This document shows, in pieces, positions 28,989 to 38,228 of a DNA stretch of 64,000 nt. The stretch comes from Candidatus Latescibacterota bacterium (GTDB lineage: Bacteria; Latescibacterota; UBA2968; GCA-2709665). The stretch lies in assembly GCA_965203805.1 (NCBI GenBank), contig OZ241917.1, forward strand, positions 5,664,001 to 5,728,000, in the 5' to 3' direction. Numbering within the stretch: the stretch's first letter is position 1; every line of letters begins with the position of its first letter. The notes below the pieces were generated by a model, which saw nothing but the letters and a program-made list of their open reading frames with translations, was not told the origin of the DNA and did not search any database. The translations under genes and the position numbers were made by a program.

Positions 28989-30353
28989 GTGAAAACCCGG
29001 CCGAAAACCCCATTCGTCCTGCTTCTGTGCGTTCTCCTCACCGGTTGCGCCACCTATACCCACAACGCCGTCACCTTCCGAAGCAGCCTGGCCGACGGGC
29101 ACTACGAAACCGCGCTGCAGACCCTCGGCAAGGCCCGTAAGGGCCCCGCGCGCCTGCTCTACCTCATGGAGAACGGCATCATCGCTCACTACAGAGGCGA
29201 ATACCACGCATCCAACCGTTTTTTCGAAGTCGCCGAGCGGCTCTCGGACCGGCTCTTTACGCGTTCGCTGTCGCGGGAGGCGGCCTCGCTGATCACCAAC
29301 GACCAGGTTCGAGCGTATCGTGGCGAAGAGTTCGAACTCGCGTTCATCAACTATTACCGGGCGCTCAACTACTGGTATCTGGGCGAACCGGAAGAAGCGC
29401 TGGTGGAGTGCCGCAAGGCCAACCTGAAACTGGACCGCTATGCCGCACTGGCCGACTACGACGCCACGTACCGTAACGATGCCTTTATCCACTATATGAC
29501 CGGTCTGATTTACGAAGCCACCGGTGAACTCAACGACGCGTACGTGTCTTACCGGAACGCACTGGATGCGTATGAGACGTATCAGAACGTCTTCGGCCTG
29601 GAAGCGCCCGCGGCCCTCCGGACGGATCTCCGTCGGGTCGAGGAAGACCTCGGTTATGTCCAGCGCCAGGACGACCGCAGCGGATCGGCAGACCCGGACT
29701 CACCACCGGAAGGCGAGCTCGTTCTCTTCTCGGAAATCGGATTCGTGCCGCATAAAGTCCAGGAAGAAATCAGCCTGCCCGTCTATGAAAACGACGTCGA
29801 GTCCGTGTCGAAGAAACGTCTCGATGGGATCTCGAGAAAAATCGCGTACCGTCACTTCAAACCCCACTATGCGGGCAGATCGAAAGTCGAATACTGGTTG
29901 CGCGTCGCCCTGCCGGCGTACGCGGACGTGGCGCCCCGGACGCAATCCATCTTGCTCAGCGCCGCGGGACGTCGGACCGGGACCACCCTTGCGGAAGACC
30001 TTTCCGCCATCGCCTGGCAGACGTTTCAGGACAAACAACCCGCAATGCTTGCGCGGACGGTGGGACGCGGTCTGCTGAAATACATGGCTTCGGCCAAAGC
30101 CGAAAAAGAAAACAAAGTCCTGGGCTTCATTGTCAATCTCTTCGTCGCCGCAACCGAGGCGGCCGATACCCGAAGCTGGGTCTCGCTGCCTCACAACGTG
30201 CAGATCGGCAGGCTCGCGCTGCCCGCCGGTATTCACACCCTCACGCTGGAGTCCCTCGACAGCCGGGGGCGCGTCATCGAAACCCGAACCATTTCAGGTA
30301 TACAGATCCGACCGGGAACCCGCACGTTCGTGAACTACCGGACGTACAAATAA
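28989..30353 (+). CDS. TPR-like lipoprotein (COG3014-like)
   Basis: Lipobox LLTGC; YRGEEFE; ADTRSWVSLP; typical neighbour of lpoB. Confidence 0.8.
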   Translation: MKTRPKTPFVLLLCVLLTGCATYTHNAVTFRSSLADGHYETALQTLGKARKGPARLLYLMENGIIAHYRGEYHASNRFFEVAERLSDRLFTRSLSREAASLITNDQVRAYRGEEFELAFINYYRALNYWYLGEPEEALVECRKANLKLDRYAALADYDATYRNDAFIHYMTGLIYEATGELNDAYVSYRNALDAYETYQNVFGLEAPAALRTDLRRVEEDLGYVQRQDDRSGSADPDSPPEGELVLFSEIGFVPHKVQEEISLPVYENDVESVSKKRLDGISRKIAYRHFKPHYAGRSKVEYWLRVALPAYADVAPRTQSILLSAAGRRTGTTLAEDLSAIAWQTFQDKQPAMLARTVGRGLLKYMASAKAEKENKVLGFIVNLFVAATEAADTRSWVSLPHNVQIGRLALPAGIHTLTLESLDSRGRVIETRTISGIQIRPGTRTFVNYRTYK

Positions 30354-30379
30354 CCATGGCAGCCGAAAGGAGGAACACC

Positions 30380-31180
30380 ATGAAGCGATTCATCGGGATC
30401 AGTCTGGCCCTGGCGCTCGCGGGGTGGAGCCAGGGGGGATGGACGGCGGAGATCCCCACCCGGGGCGCCGTCATCAATATCGTAACGTGGGACGGCAAGA
30501 ACCTGCCCCCCATCTACGAACGATCCGACCAGCTTCCCCTTACGCTTGAAGACGTTATCAATCTCAGCCGGAATGATTTCGCCGACGAAGCGATCAGCAG
30601 GATGGTTCGCGAACGCCGGTTTGCCGGAAACGCTTCGGCCGGCGCCCTGATCGAGCTCAAAAAGGCAGGCGTATCGCAGAAGGTCATTCAGGCGATTTCG
30701 CTCCACGCCCTGCCTCCGAACCGTGAATTGACCCTCGCGATTCAGCTCGAATTCGTCGGCCTTTCGCGTGAGGCCCGCAAGCGTTATCTGTACGTGATCA
30801 TTCCGGACGGCCGGGTCGAGCGCATCTTCACCGCGGACCTGGGCGCCGTACTGGCGGGGAACTGGCGCCGTGACGAGCGCGTGGACCTTACCGATCCCCT
30901 CCTGCCCAAGCAGGTCCGTCGTATCACGTTCGCGGACCGTGTGCCGCTGAAGACCTACGGGCCCAAGACGATGCAGGTCTTCACGTCGACCAGGCCGGAT
31001 ATCTTCCAGTCTGCCGACATTCCGGAAGCGGACCGCGCCGGCATCCGGGAATTTTCCTTCGAGTATCCAGTGAGCTCGACGCTTCAGGACTGCCGGCTGC
31101 AGGTGCGTTACCGCCAGGACGTCCTGTTGCCCTACAAATGGCACATGGAAGGCGCCCGCTTCCAATGCGAATGGAACTGA
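30380..31180 (+). CDS. secreted hypothetical protein
   Basis: AGGAGG RBS, signal peptide MKRFIGISLALALAG, host-like codon usage. Confidence 0.75.
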   Translation: MKRFIGISLALALAGWSQGGWTAEIPTRGAVINIVTWDGKNLPPIYERSDQLPLTLEDVINLSRNDFADEAISRMVRERRFAGNASAGALIELKKAGVSQKVIQAISLHALPPNRELTLAIQLEFVGLSREARKRYLYVIIPDGRVERIFTADLGAVLAGNWRRDERVDLTDPLLPKQVRRITFADRVPLKTYGPKTMQVFTSTRPDIFQSADIPEADRAGIREFSFEYPVSSTLQDCRLQVRYRQDVLLPYKWHMEGARFQCEWN

Positions 31181-31264
31181 TTTCCCAATCCCCCATCGCG
31201 AACAACGCGCGAGATCGCGCAACCACCGCACCGAACCACACATGACACCAGGAGGAGAACCGCC

Positions 31265-31861
31265 ATGAAACCCGGAACCTGCATCGCCCTCGTCGTCGTC
31301 TTCGCGTTCGCCGTCAGCTGCGCGGGACCCAGGGTCTTCACCAAGGGTACGTACGAGGATCCGAACACCATCGCGTTACTGGATGACCGGTTCAGCGAAA
31401 ACGACATGCAGCTTATCGCCAAGAAGATGATCCAGTCCATGGCCGGCAGCGACATTGTCGGGAGCAACGGCGCGCCGGTTGTCATGGTGGGAAAAATGCG
31501 CAACCGCACGTCCGAACATATCGACATGACAATGCTGTCCGACAAGGTCCGGACACAGCTCATCCAGAGCGGCAGATTTCGCTTTGCCGACGTCCTGAAT
31601 CGCCGGGACATCGCCGAGGAGTACGAGTACCAGCAGTCCGGATACGTTGACCCGAATCAGGCGAAAGGCCCTGGCAGCCAGACGGGCGCGGAGTATCTGC
31701 TGACCGGCACGCTCACCGCCAATGTCCAACAGGCCGGCAGGAACAAGCTGATCTACTATAAAGCCACCTTCCAGTTGACCAATCTGCTCACGTCGGAGAT
31801 CGCCTGGACCGACGAGAAGGAGATTCGAAAGGCGTACAAGAAGCGGCACATCGGATTCTGA
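31265..31861 (+). CDS. lpoB: LpoB-like lipoprotein (PBP activator/CsgG fold)
   Basis: Lipobox AVSC; NRTSEHID, SGRFRF, GAEYLLTG, IAWTDE. Confidence 0.75.
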   Translation: MKPGTCIALVVVFAFAVSCAGPRVFTKGTYEDPNTIALLDDRFSENDMQLIAKKMIQSMAGSDIVGSNGAPVVMVGKMRNRTSEHIDMTMLSDKVRTQLIQSGRFRFADVLNRRDIAEEYEYQQSGYVDPNQAKGPGSQTGAEYLLTGTLTANVQQAGRNKLIYYKATFQLTNLLTSEIAWTDEKEIRKAYKKRHIGF

Positions 31862-31911
31862 ACGACAGACCGACGGCTTTTCACCCCGATTAACCTGAAA
31901 GGATACGCGTC

Positions 31912-32466
31912 ATGAAAACTGCAAGCTTTACCATCATCGTCATCATATGCGCCGCATACTTCTGTGCGCCGCTGGACGCGGGGGAGCCCGGCCGGACCGA
32001 CGGACCGGAGGGCAGTGAAGTGGGATTCGGAGGCTATCCGTTCGGCGGACCCGAAGGCCGATTCTACATCAATCCGGCGTTCGGCTCGGGCATCTTCGAC
32101 CGCAACGCGGACGGCAGCCGCTCCGGCCTGCTGTACAGTCTCAATCTGGGTTACGAAAGGGACGGCTGGCTGGCATTTGAGGGCGGTTATGCCTATCTTT
32201 CGGACAGAGAGCTATCGATCTACAGCCTGGGTTCCCGCTTCGACTACAACGCGGACCCCTTTGTCTACTACGTCACCACGCAGGCGGGACTCTACCAGCC
32301 TGCCGAAGGCCAGAGCAACTTCGGCCTGGCCCCGGGCGCGGGCATCGACATCATTCTGAGCGACCGGATTCGCATTGGCCTCAACTACAAGCGGGACTTC
32401 ATCTTCACAGACGAGAGCACCACAAATATCGACCGCTTGTTCGCCGGGCTGAAGTTCTATTTCTGA
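31912..32466 (+). CDS. outer-membrane beta-barrel protein
   Basis: Signal peptide, amphipathic strands, C-terminal AGLKFYF. Confidence 0.8.
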   Translation: MKTASFTIIVIICAAYFCAPLDAGEPGRTDGPEGSEVGFGGYPFGGPEGRFYINPAFGSGIFDRNADGSRSGLLYSLNLGYERDGWLAFEGGYAYLSDRELSIYSLGSRFDYNADPFVYYVTTQAGLYQPAEGQSNFGLAPGAGIDIILSDRIRIGLNYKRDFIFTDESTTNIDRLFAGLKFYF

Positions 32467-32569
32467 GCCATTGCATCGGACGACCGGACGACCCGCGCGG
32501 CGAAGCACGACAACGTCGCGCGGGTGCATTCTGTCTACGCCGGCATATCCTGACCGAGAAGGAGGAACC

Positions 32570-33187
32570 GTGGGTGTATCAACCAGGCCATGGCTGAGGT
32601 CCGTCATGCTGATGGGAAGCGCGATTCTGATGTTCGGATGCAAATTTGACTTTGGATCTCTGGTTGTAAGGTCGCTGCGTCCATTGTATACCGACGAGAC
32701 CGTACATCATGACGTGCGTCTCATCGGACGATGGAAAGAGGAAGGCTCGGATGAGATCTGGGAATTCTCAAGACCCGAAGGGGAACAGGGGTACACCTGC
32801 GTTGTCCTCCATGGTGACGGCAAGAGGACTATATTGGAAGCCCATCTCGTGAGGATCAAGGGGAATGTGTTTCTGGATTTATTCCTCTCCGAGCCGGACT
32901 CGTCGCAGAGTTTATTCACCCTGATGCATCTTCTACCGGTCCATACGTTCGCATCTGTCGCCAGAATCGATTCGACACTGGATTTGAAGCTTCCGGATCC
33001 GGACTGGTTGGGAAAGGTGTTGAAGAAAGAGCCCGATACAATTCGACATGAATTACTTGAAGGCAGCGATTACATCCTGAGCGCTTCGACCGAAGCGTTG
33101 CAGCAATTCTGGCTTGAGCACCTGGATACCGAAGACGCCTACATGGAACCGATTCAACTTCAGCGGATTGCAGAGCATTCACCCTGA
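32570..33187 (+). CDS. hypothetical lipoprotein
   Basis: GGAGG RBS before GTG; lipobox-like MFGC; LIGRW motif. Confidence 0.65.
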   Translation: MGVSTRPWLRSVMLMGSAILMFGCKFDFGSLVVRSLRPLYTDETVHHDVRLIGRWKEEGSDEIWEFSRPEGEQGYTCVVLHGDGKRTILEAHLVRIKGNVFLDLFLSEPDSSQSLFTLMHLLPVHTFASVARIDSTLDLKLPDPDWLGKVLKKEPDTIRHELLEGSDYILSASTEALQQFWLEHLDTEDAYMEPIQLQRIAEHSP

Positions 33188-33307
33188 GGGCGTGCTGGCG
33201 GCCGCATTTCTTCCGCCGTCCCTGCTATAGAAGCGAGGAGCGCGAGCGCGGCTTCACGGCCGTGAACCGACACCTTCAGGTTGATGCAAAACCAAAAGGA
33301 TCATTAA

Positions 33308-33346
33308 AAGCGGGCTGCCCGATTTCATACTCGGCAGCCCGTCTTG
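33308..33346. terminator. hairpin, possible terminator
   Basis: CGGGCTGCC...GGCAGCCCG stem. Confidence 0.4.
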
Positions 33347-33452
33347 CGTGCGGCGTTTCCGTTGCTACGCGTCTGGCGTTTTGTTAACTTTGGACGACCG
33401 CGGAACAGTGCGGGGGAGTAACCGACACGTTCGACTGTTGAGGCCCCGATCC

Positions 33453-34685
33453 ATGACTATTCGAGACCCGATCCACGGCGATATTCGCTTCAATGACGTG
33501 GAACGCCGCCTGATGGATACCCCTCAGTTCCAGCGCTTGCGGGGGGTCCGGCAGACCGGGACGGCCTATCTCGTGTATCCGGGCTGCACGCATACCCGGT
33601 TCGAGCACTCGCTGGGAACGGCGGCGATGGCCAGGCGCATCATCGGTGTTCTCAGAGAATCCGGTGTCGGGGTGAGCCCGGAGGAGGAGACCACGGTCGT
33701 TCTGGCTGCCCTTGTCCACGACGTGGGTCATTTCCCGTTCGGCCATACGTTCGAAGACGAGCGCAAGCTGTTTCCCCGCCACGATACCGCGGAACGGATG
33801 CGACACGCGCTTTCCCGGGACGAACTGGCCGGCGCTCTCGATGCGTCCGGGCAGCGAGAACAGGTGGTCGCGCTCCTGACCGAGCGCGGTTTCGATCCGC
33901 CCTGGATGCGTCAGATCGTGACCAGCACCGTCGATGCCGACCTGCTCGATTACCTTCGCCGCGACGCGTATTTCGCCGGACTGAAACACGACTACGACGA
34001 CCGCATCCTGAGTACCTTCACGGTTGCGGACGGAAAACTGGCCATAAACCTGGAGAGGCTCAGCACGCGGACGGAACTGCTCCATCTTCTTCGCCTGCGC
34101 TATTTTCTCACCGAACGCGTCTATTTTCACCACGCGAAAGTCGCTTCCGGGGCCATGATCGCAAAGGCCATGGAACTGGCGGTCCAGCAGGGACTGCGGC
34201 AGGAGGATATCTACCATCTCACGGATGGCGCGCTTCTGCGGTCGCTCACCGCAAGAAAGGACGAGCGCATCGATCGCCTCGTCCGGGGTGTGGTCTACCG
34301 CAATCTGCTGAAGCGCGCGTATGTGTTGTCCACCGGCGAAATCGGAAGGCGCGCACGCGACGAACTGATTGCCACGTACACGCGGTCCGTCGAATCGAGG
34401 CAGCGCGTGGAACGCGAGATCGCCGACGCGATCGTGGTCGAACCCGATCAGGTTATCCTGTACTGCCCGGATATTTCCTCAATCAAGGAGGCGAGGGTCT
34501 TCACGAAGACCAAAACCGGCGTTCGCCGCCTGAACGAACCCCTCGACAGCCCGCCGTTCGACGTGAAGGCGGTGGAGGACCAGTACGAACGCCTCTGGAA
34601 GCTGTACGTCTTTGTCCCGGACGGCTATCAGGACCGCGCCGGCAAGGTCTGTGAACGCCTGTTCGGGGAGAAGAACGCGGTTTGA
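33453..34685 (+). CDS. HD-domain phosphohydrolase (COG1078, SAMHD1/dNTPase-like)
   Basis: IRDPIHG, FQRLR, HTRFEHSLG, HDVGHFPFGH, DADLLDYLRRD, VYFHH. Confidence 0.9.
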   Translation: MTIRDPIHGDIRFNDVERRLMDTPQFQRLRGVRQTGTAYLVYPGCTHTRFEHSLGTAAMARRIIGVLRESGVGVSPEEETTVVLAALVHDVGHFPFGHTFEDERKLFPRHDTAERMRHALSRDELAGALDASGQREQVVALLTERGFDPPWMRQIVTSTVDADLLDYLRRDAYFAGLKHDYDDRILSTFTVADGKLAINLERLSTRTELLHLLRLRYFLTERVYFHHAKVASGAMIAKAMELAVQQGLRQEDIYHLTDGALLRSLTARKDERIDRLVRGVVYRNLLKRAYVLSTGEIGRRARDELIATYTRSVESRQRVEREIADAIVVEPDQVILYCPDISSIKEARVFTKTKTGVRRLNEPLDSPPFDVKAVEDQYERLWKLYVFVPDGYQDRAGKVCERLFGEKNAV

Positions 34686-34706
34686 CCGTCCGTCGAACGA
34701 TGCGCG

Positions 34707-35249
34707 TCAAGCGCGATCCCGTCGCTGACCGGGATGTCTCACCGCGTGGAAGAGAGGAAGCTCGTTTCTGAGCTTTGCCTCGAGGCGTTTGTGGCACGAC
34801 GCGCAGACCGAGACCAGATTGTCCAGCCGGTTGGCCGCGACCGTCGACGCGAACAGACGGACGGGCGTCGCGTGGTGGACGTCCAGCTGCCGGCCCAGCG
34901 ACGCTTCGGTAACCCCGCAATTCCTGCAGCGGAAGCCGTCCCGTTCTCTCGCCCGCGCCGCCTGCACTTTCCAGTTTCCGCCCCGGTATTCCGGGCGTCC
35001 CCTCAAGACCATGCGTTTCCCGTCGTCAGGAAGTACCGATGTCCACGCGTCCATGCAGGCTTTGCCGCAGAAGTGGAGACGGAACTTCCGCGCGGCAATC
35101 CAGTTCGGGACAGGATTCGGCTTCCCGCAGTGTTCGCACCGGACGGTCTCCGCCTGTCCACGGGGTGCCCGCGTCGAGTTCGCAAAACGCAGCTGCAGCT
35201 GATCCGAAAAAACCGGACCGCCGCTTCCCGCGCGTGAATTCCGGGACAT
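34707..35249 (-). CDS. HNH endonuclease with zinc-binding motifs
   Basis: CEHC...FCGKAC; RDGFRCRNCG, LDVHH, NRLDNLVSVCASCH. Confidence 0.85.
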   Translation of the reverse strand: MSRNSRAGSGGPVFSDQLQLRFANSTRAPRGQAETVRCEHCGKPNPVPNWIAARKFRLHFCGKACMDAWTSVLPDDGKRMVLRGRPEYRGGNWKVQAARARERDGFRCRNCGVTEASLGRQLDVHHATPVRLFASTVAANRLDNLVSVCASCHKRLEAKLRNELPLFHAVRHPGQRRDRA

Positions 35250-35325
35250 AGTCGGTAGCAGGTCTGTCGAAGCGTGGCCATTGTGCCTGTCTAAGGGTGT
35301 CAGCCGGGCGATTGGCCCGCCTGAA

Positions 35326-35366
35326 TATTCCTATAACACAATGATTATAAGCGTGTTATGGGAATA
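35326..35366. promoter_or_regulatory. 14-bp-arm inverted repeat (putative operator)
   Basis: TATTCCTATAACAC-13 nt-GTGTTATGGGAATA, 13/14 complementary. Confidence 0.55.
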
Positions 35367-35471
35367 AGTCAAATCTCGCCCGGTTTCAGGAGCGACGGTC
35401 GTCGCCGATTTTGAAGATTTTCCGACACGACGCGCAGTCGTCGGACCGGATCTGCAGACAGGGGACATCTC

Positions 35472-36659
35472 ATGACCGCACCGGACATCTATGCGGAAAC
35501 CCGAATCTCCATGCTCACGCCGGACCTCAGGCAGAGAGTTCGGGACAATCTGGTCACGTCGCAGTTCAGGAAAGCGGGTTGCACCCGACCCGACGGAGAA
35601 GAATGGCCGGCCTGGTTCGACCAGGCGCCGGTCCGGAGATCGCGGGTGGCAACGGGTACGACGGCGTTCGGCACCTACAATCATCAGGCGGGGATCTGCA
35701 GATGGCGGGGGGCCTACTGGTACGTGTTCTCGAACGGCGCTGTCGACGAAGAGGCGCCCGGCCAGCAGACGCTGATTGCACGCAGTGAGGATCTGTCCGG
35801 CTGGTCGCGGCCGGCCGGTGTGGCGCCGGGCGACGTCTCCGGCAGAATGTGGCGCAATACCGGCGGAATTATGGGCTACGGAGACCGTCTCATCGCGTTC
35901 GTGCAGACGAAAACGGGGGGCGGGGCGGCCCGCAGGCCGGGCATGAGCGCCGGCGATGAGACAAAAATCACCTGTAGCGTCGGTCTCTGCATCTCCACGG
36001 ACGGCCAGCGCTGGACGGAGCGGTTTGTCGCCGAAGACTGTTACTGGTTCGAAGCGCCTCGATTGACGCGGGAAGGCAGGCTGCTGTGCGCGGGGTCTCG
36101 GCGGGGAATTCCAATTGTCTTTTTGTGGCCCGGTGAATGTCCGCTGGAGCAGCCGGAGATTGTCGAGATTCCCCACGACGGATCTCGAGGGATGGATTCC
36201 GGGAGGTTTCCGTACGGCGAAGCGTCGTGGTATCAGACGGACGATGGCACGATATTCCTGTTTCACCGGAACGAGACGGACGAAATGCGGCTGCGCGTGG
36301 CCCTGAGCAAGGACGGCGGCAGGAGTTGGACCCCGCCCATGCTCTCGAACATTCCCGACTCGAAATCGCGCGTCAGCGCCGGGCGCCTGGCGGACGGGCG
36401 TTACTTTCTCATCAACAACGCCATCGCCGACCTGCTGAACCGGGTGCCGCTGATGATTTCCATTTCGACCGACGGTGTGAAATTCGAGCGGCAGTTTTTT
36501 CTGATTAACGAACCCACCGCCATTGCGTTTCCCGGCGCCCTCAAGGCGCACGGACACCAGTATCCATGCGCCTTGGTCGAGGAGGAGAGGCTGATCGTCG
36601 CCTATTCGGTCAACAAGGAGCATATGGAACTCCTCACGGTGGATCCGCGAGACCTGTAA
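35472..36659 (+). CDS. BNR/Asp-box (sialidase-fold) protein
   Basis: Asp-boxes STDGQRW, SKDGGRSW, STDGVKF; HQYP motif. Confidence 0.8.
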   Translation: MTAPDIYAETRISMLTPDLRQRVRDNLVTSQFRKAGCTRPDGEEWPAWFDQAPVRRSRVATGTTAFGTYNHQAGICRWRGAYWYVFSNGAVDEEAPGQQTLIARSEDLSGWSRPAGVAPGDVSGRMWRNTGGIMGYGDRLIAFVQTKTGGGAARRPGMSAGDETKITCSVGLCISTDGQRWTERFVAEDCYWFEAPRLTREGRLLCAGSRRGIPIVFLWPGECPLEQPEIVEIPHDGSRGMDSGRFPYGEASWYQTDDGTIFLFHRNETDEMRLRVALSKDGGRSWTPPMLSNIPDSKSRVSAGRLADGRYFLINNAIADLLNRVPLMISISTDGVKFERQFFLINEPTAIAFPGALKAHGHQYPCALVEEERLIVAYSVNKEHMELLTVDPRDL

Positions 36660-36673
36660 GGCGGCCCTATCGG

Positions 36674-37315
36674 TCAATCGGACAGCCGAAACCGGATGGG
36701 CATCGTCATCTTTACCGCGACGGGCCGGTCGTTCTGTACCGCCGGTTCGAATACGAACTGCGAAACGGCCTCGACCGCCGCTCTTCTGAAGATATCCGGA
36801 CCCCGCAGCACCCGCACGTCTCTGACGCTTCCGTCGGCGGCTACCGTGAACGCGACGAATACGTCTCCTTCCAGGCCTGCTCTCATCGCAACCTCCGGGT
36901 AAACCGGCGTCATGCTGCGTGTCAGCACGGGTCTCCGCTCAACATGCCAGAATTCCAGCACTTCCTCCTCAGCTGGCGCGGTCTCGCTTCGCACCGGCGG
37001 GGACAGGTCCACGGGCGCCCGGTCGAGAATCAGTTCCGTCGGCTCGATCGTTACATCCTCGGGCACTTCGTCGCTATCCGCTTCTACCGGTACGGCGGGC
37101 CGCTCCGGCTGTGGCAGGTGTGGCTGTGTGGTTGGGGGAGGCAACACGCAGATCACCGGATCGTGCGTATGGACCCGAGCCGCCGTGTCTATCTCGAACG
37201 AGGGAAACATCACGGCGAGCGCGAGTAGAGACAACGCGGAAATTGCCACACTCCGCGTCATCACCTTCGGGTACGCCAGCTTCAGGTTCACATCGGGATT
37301 CTTGTAGCGTATCAT
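36674..37315 (-). CDS. tonB: TonB-family energy transducer
   Basis: AGGAGG RBS; TM anchor, Pro-rich linker, YPEVAMRAGLEG, FEPAVQNDRPV. Confidence 0.85.
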   Translation of the reverse strand: MIRYKNPDVNLKLAYPKVMTRSVAISALSLLALAVMFPSFEIDTAARVHTHDPVICVLPPPTTQPHLPQPERPAVPVEADSDEVPEDVTIEPTELILDRAPVDLSPPVRSETAPAEEEVLEFWHVERRPVLTRSMTPVYPEVAMRAGLEGDVFVAFTVAADGSVRDVRVLRGPDIFRRAAVEAVSQFVFEPAVQNDRPVAVKMTMPIRFRLSD

Positions 37316-37354
37316 CGTCAGCCTCCTTTCGGGTGGGTGGTCGTTTCCGATCAC

Positions 37355-37951
37355 CTATGATCTGCTTGTCGGCTCTGCACGCATGTCCAACAGACGCCTC
37401 AACTTCTCGTACCAGAGCGTCAGTTTGAGGGACAAATGGGACCCTCCAACCATCCGGTCTCTCAATACGCCGAACTTATCCACAAGAAATGTCGTCGGAA
37501 TGGCATCGACGCCGTACTGACTCCTGACCTTGCCGTCCGCATCGATCAGGGTAACGAACGCGTAGTCTCTCTCCTTCACGAACCGGCTCGCGATGTTGGC
37601 GGATTCGACGTTTACGGCCAGGACCACGAGGTCGAGACCTCTCTCCGTCAGATGCGTCTGATTCAGGTTAGGCAGTGAGTCCACACACAGACCGCACCAG
37701 GTCGCCCAAAAGTCGATCAGAGTCGTCCTGCCAATGAAATCACTGAGCCGTACGGAATCACCTTCTGTGTCACGGAGGACAAAATCAGGAGCCCTTTCGT
37801 CCAATGTGGCAGTTGGCTCTCCGTCCGCGCCCACGGACACGGGGATTGTTCACGGAAAGGTCGAATAGATATAGAACATATGGCCGAAGACCAGAAACGT
37901 GGCAACGGCACAAATGCGCTTCAGTGGGAATGTATTTTCTCGTCTCATCAT
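37355..37951 (-). pseudogene. TlpA-like thioredoxin, membrane anchor separated by an in-frame TGA
   Basis: APDFVL, DFWATWCGLC, YGVDAIPTTFLVD. An in-frame upstream segment MMRRENTFPLKRICAVATFLVFGHMFYIYSTFP ends at TGA 37850-37852. Confidence 0.6.
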
Positions 37952-38228
37952 ATTTCACGACCGCGCAGTCAACAATGTATCCGCGAAGAATTGCGGCGAA
38001 TCACTGCTGTTGGTATCGTCGATGGATTTCTATCAATGGGTCGAAGTTGGCCTTGGTCAGACTGGGCGAATATCCTTTCGACGTGCCGCAAACTGACAGT
38101 TTGCGCTACGTCGCAGAGCACAGGCTTCGTGCCCGCGTCGGGAGAATTCAACCGCGCGTCGAACTAATTCTTTAATATTTAAGAAGAAAAACGATAGATT
38201 CCGCGTTGCCCCCAGGTTTCGCAAACGA

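Noticed and set aside
35326-35366. dif (XerCD) site
   Set aside because: Arm length and 13-bp spacer do not fit the 11-6-11 dif layout.
37850-37852. Selenocysteine codon in the TlpA-like gene
   Set aside because: The TGA lies in the linker, not the CxxC site, and no clear SECIS was seen.
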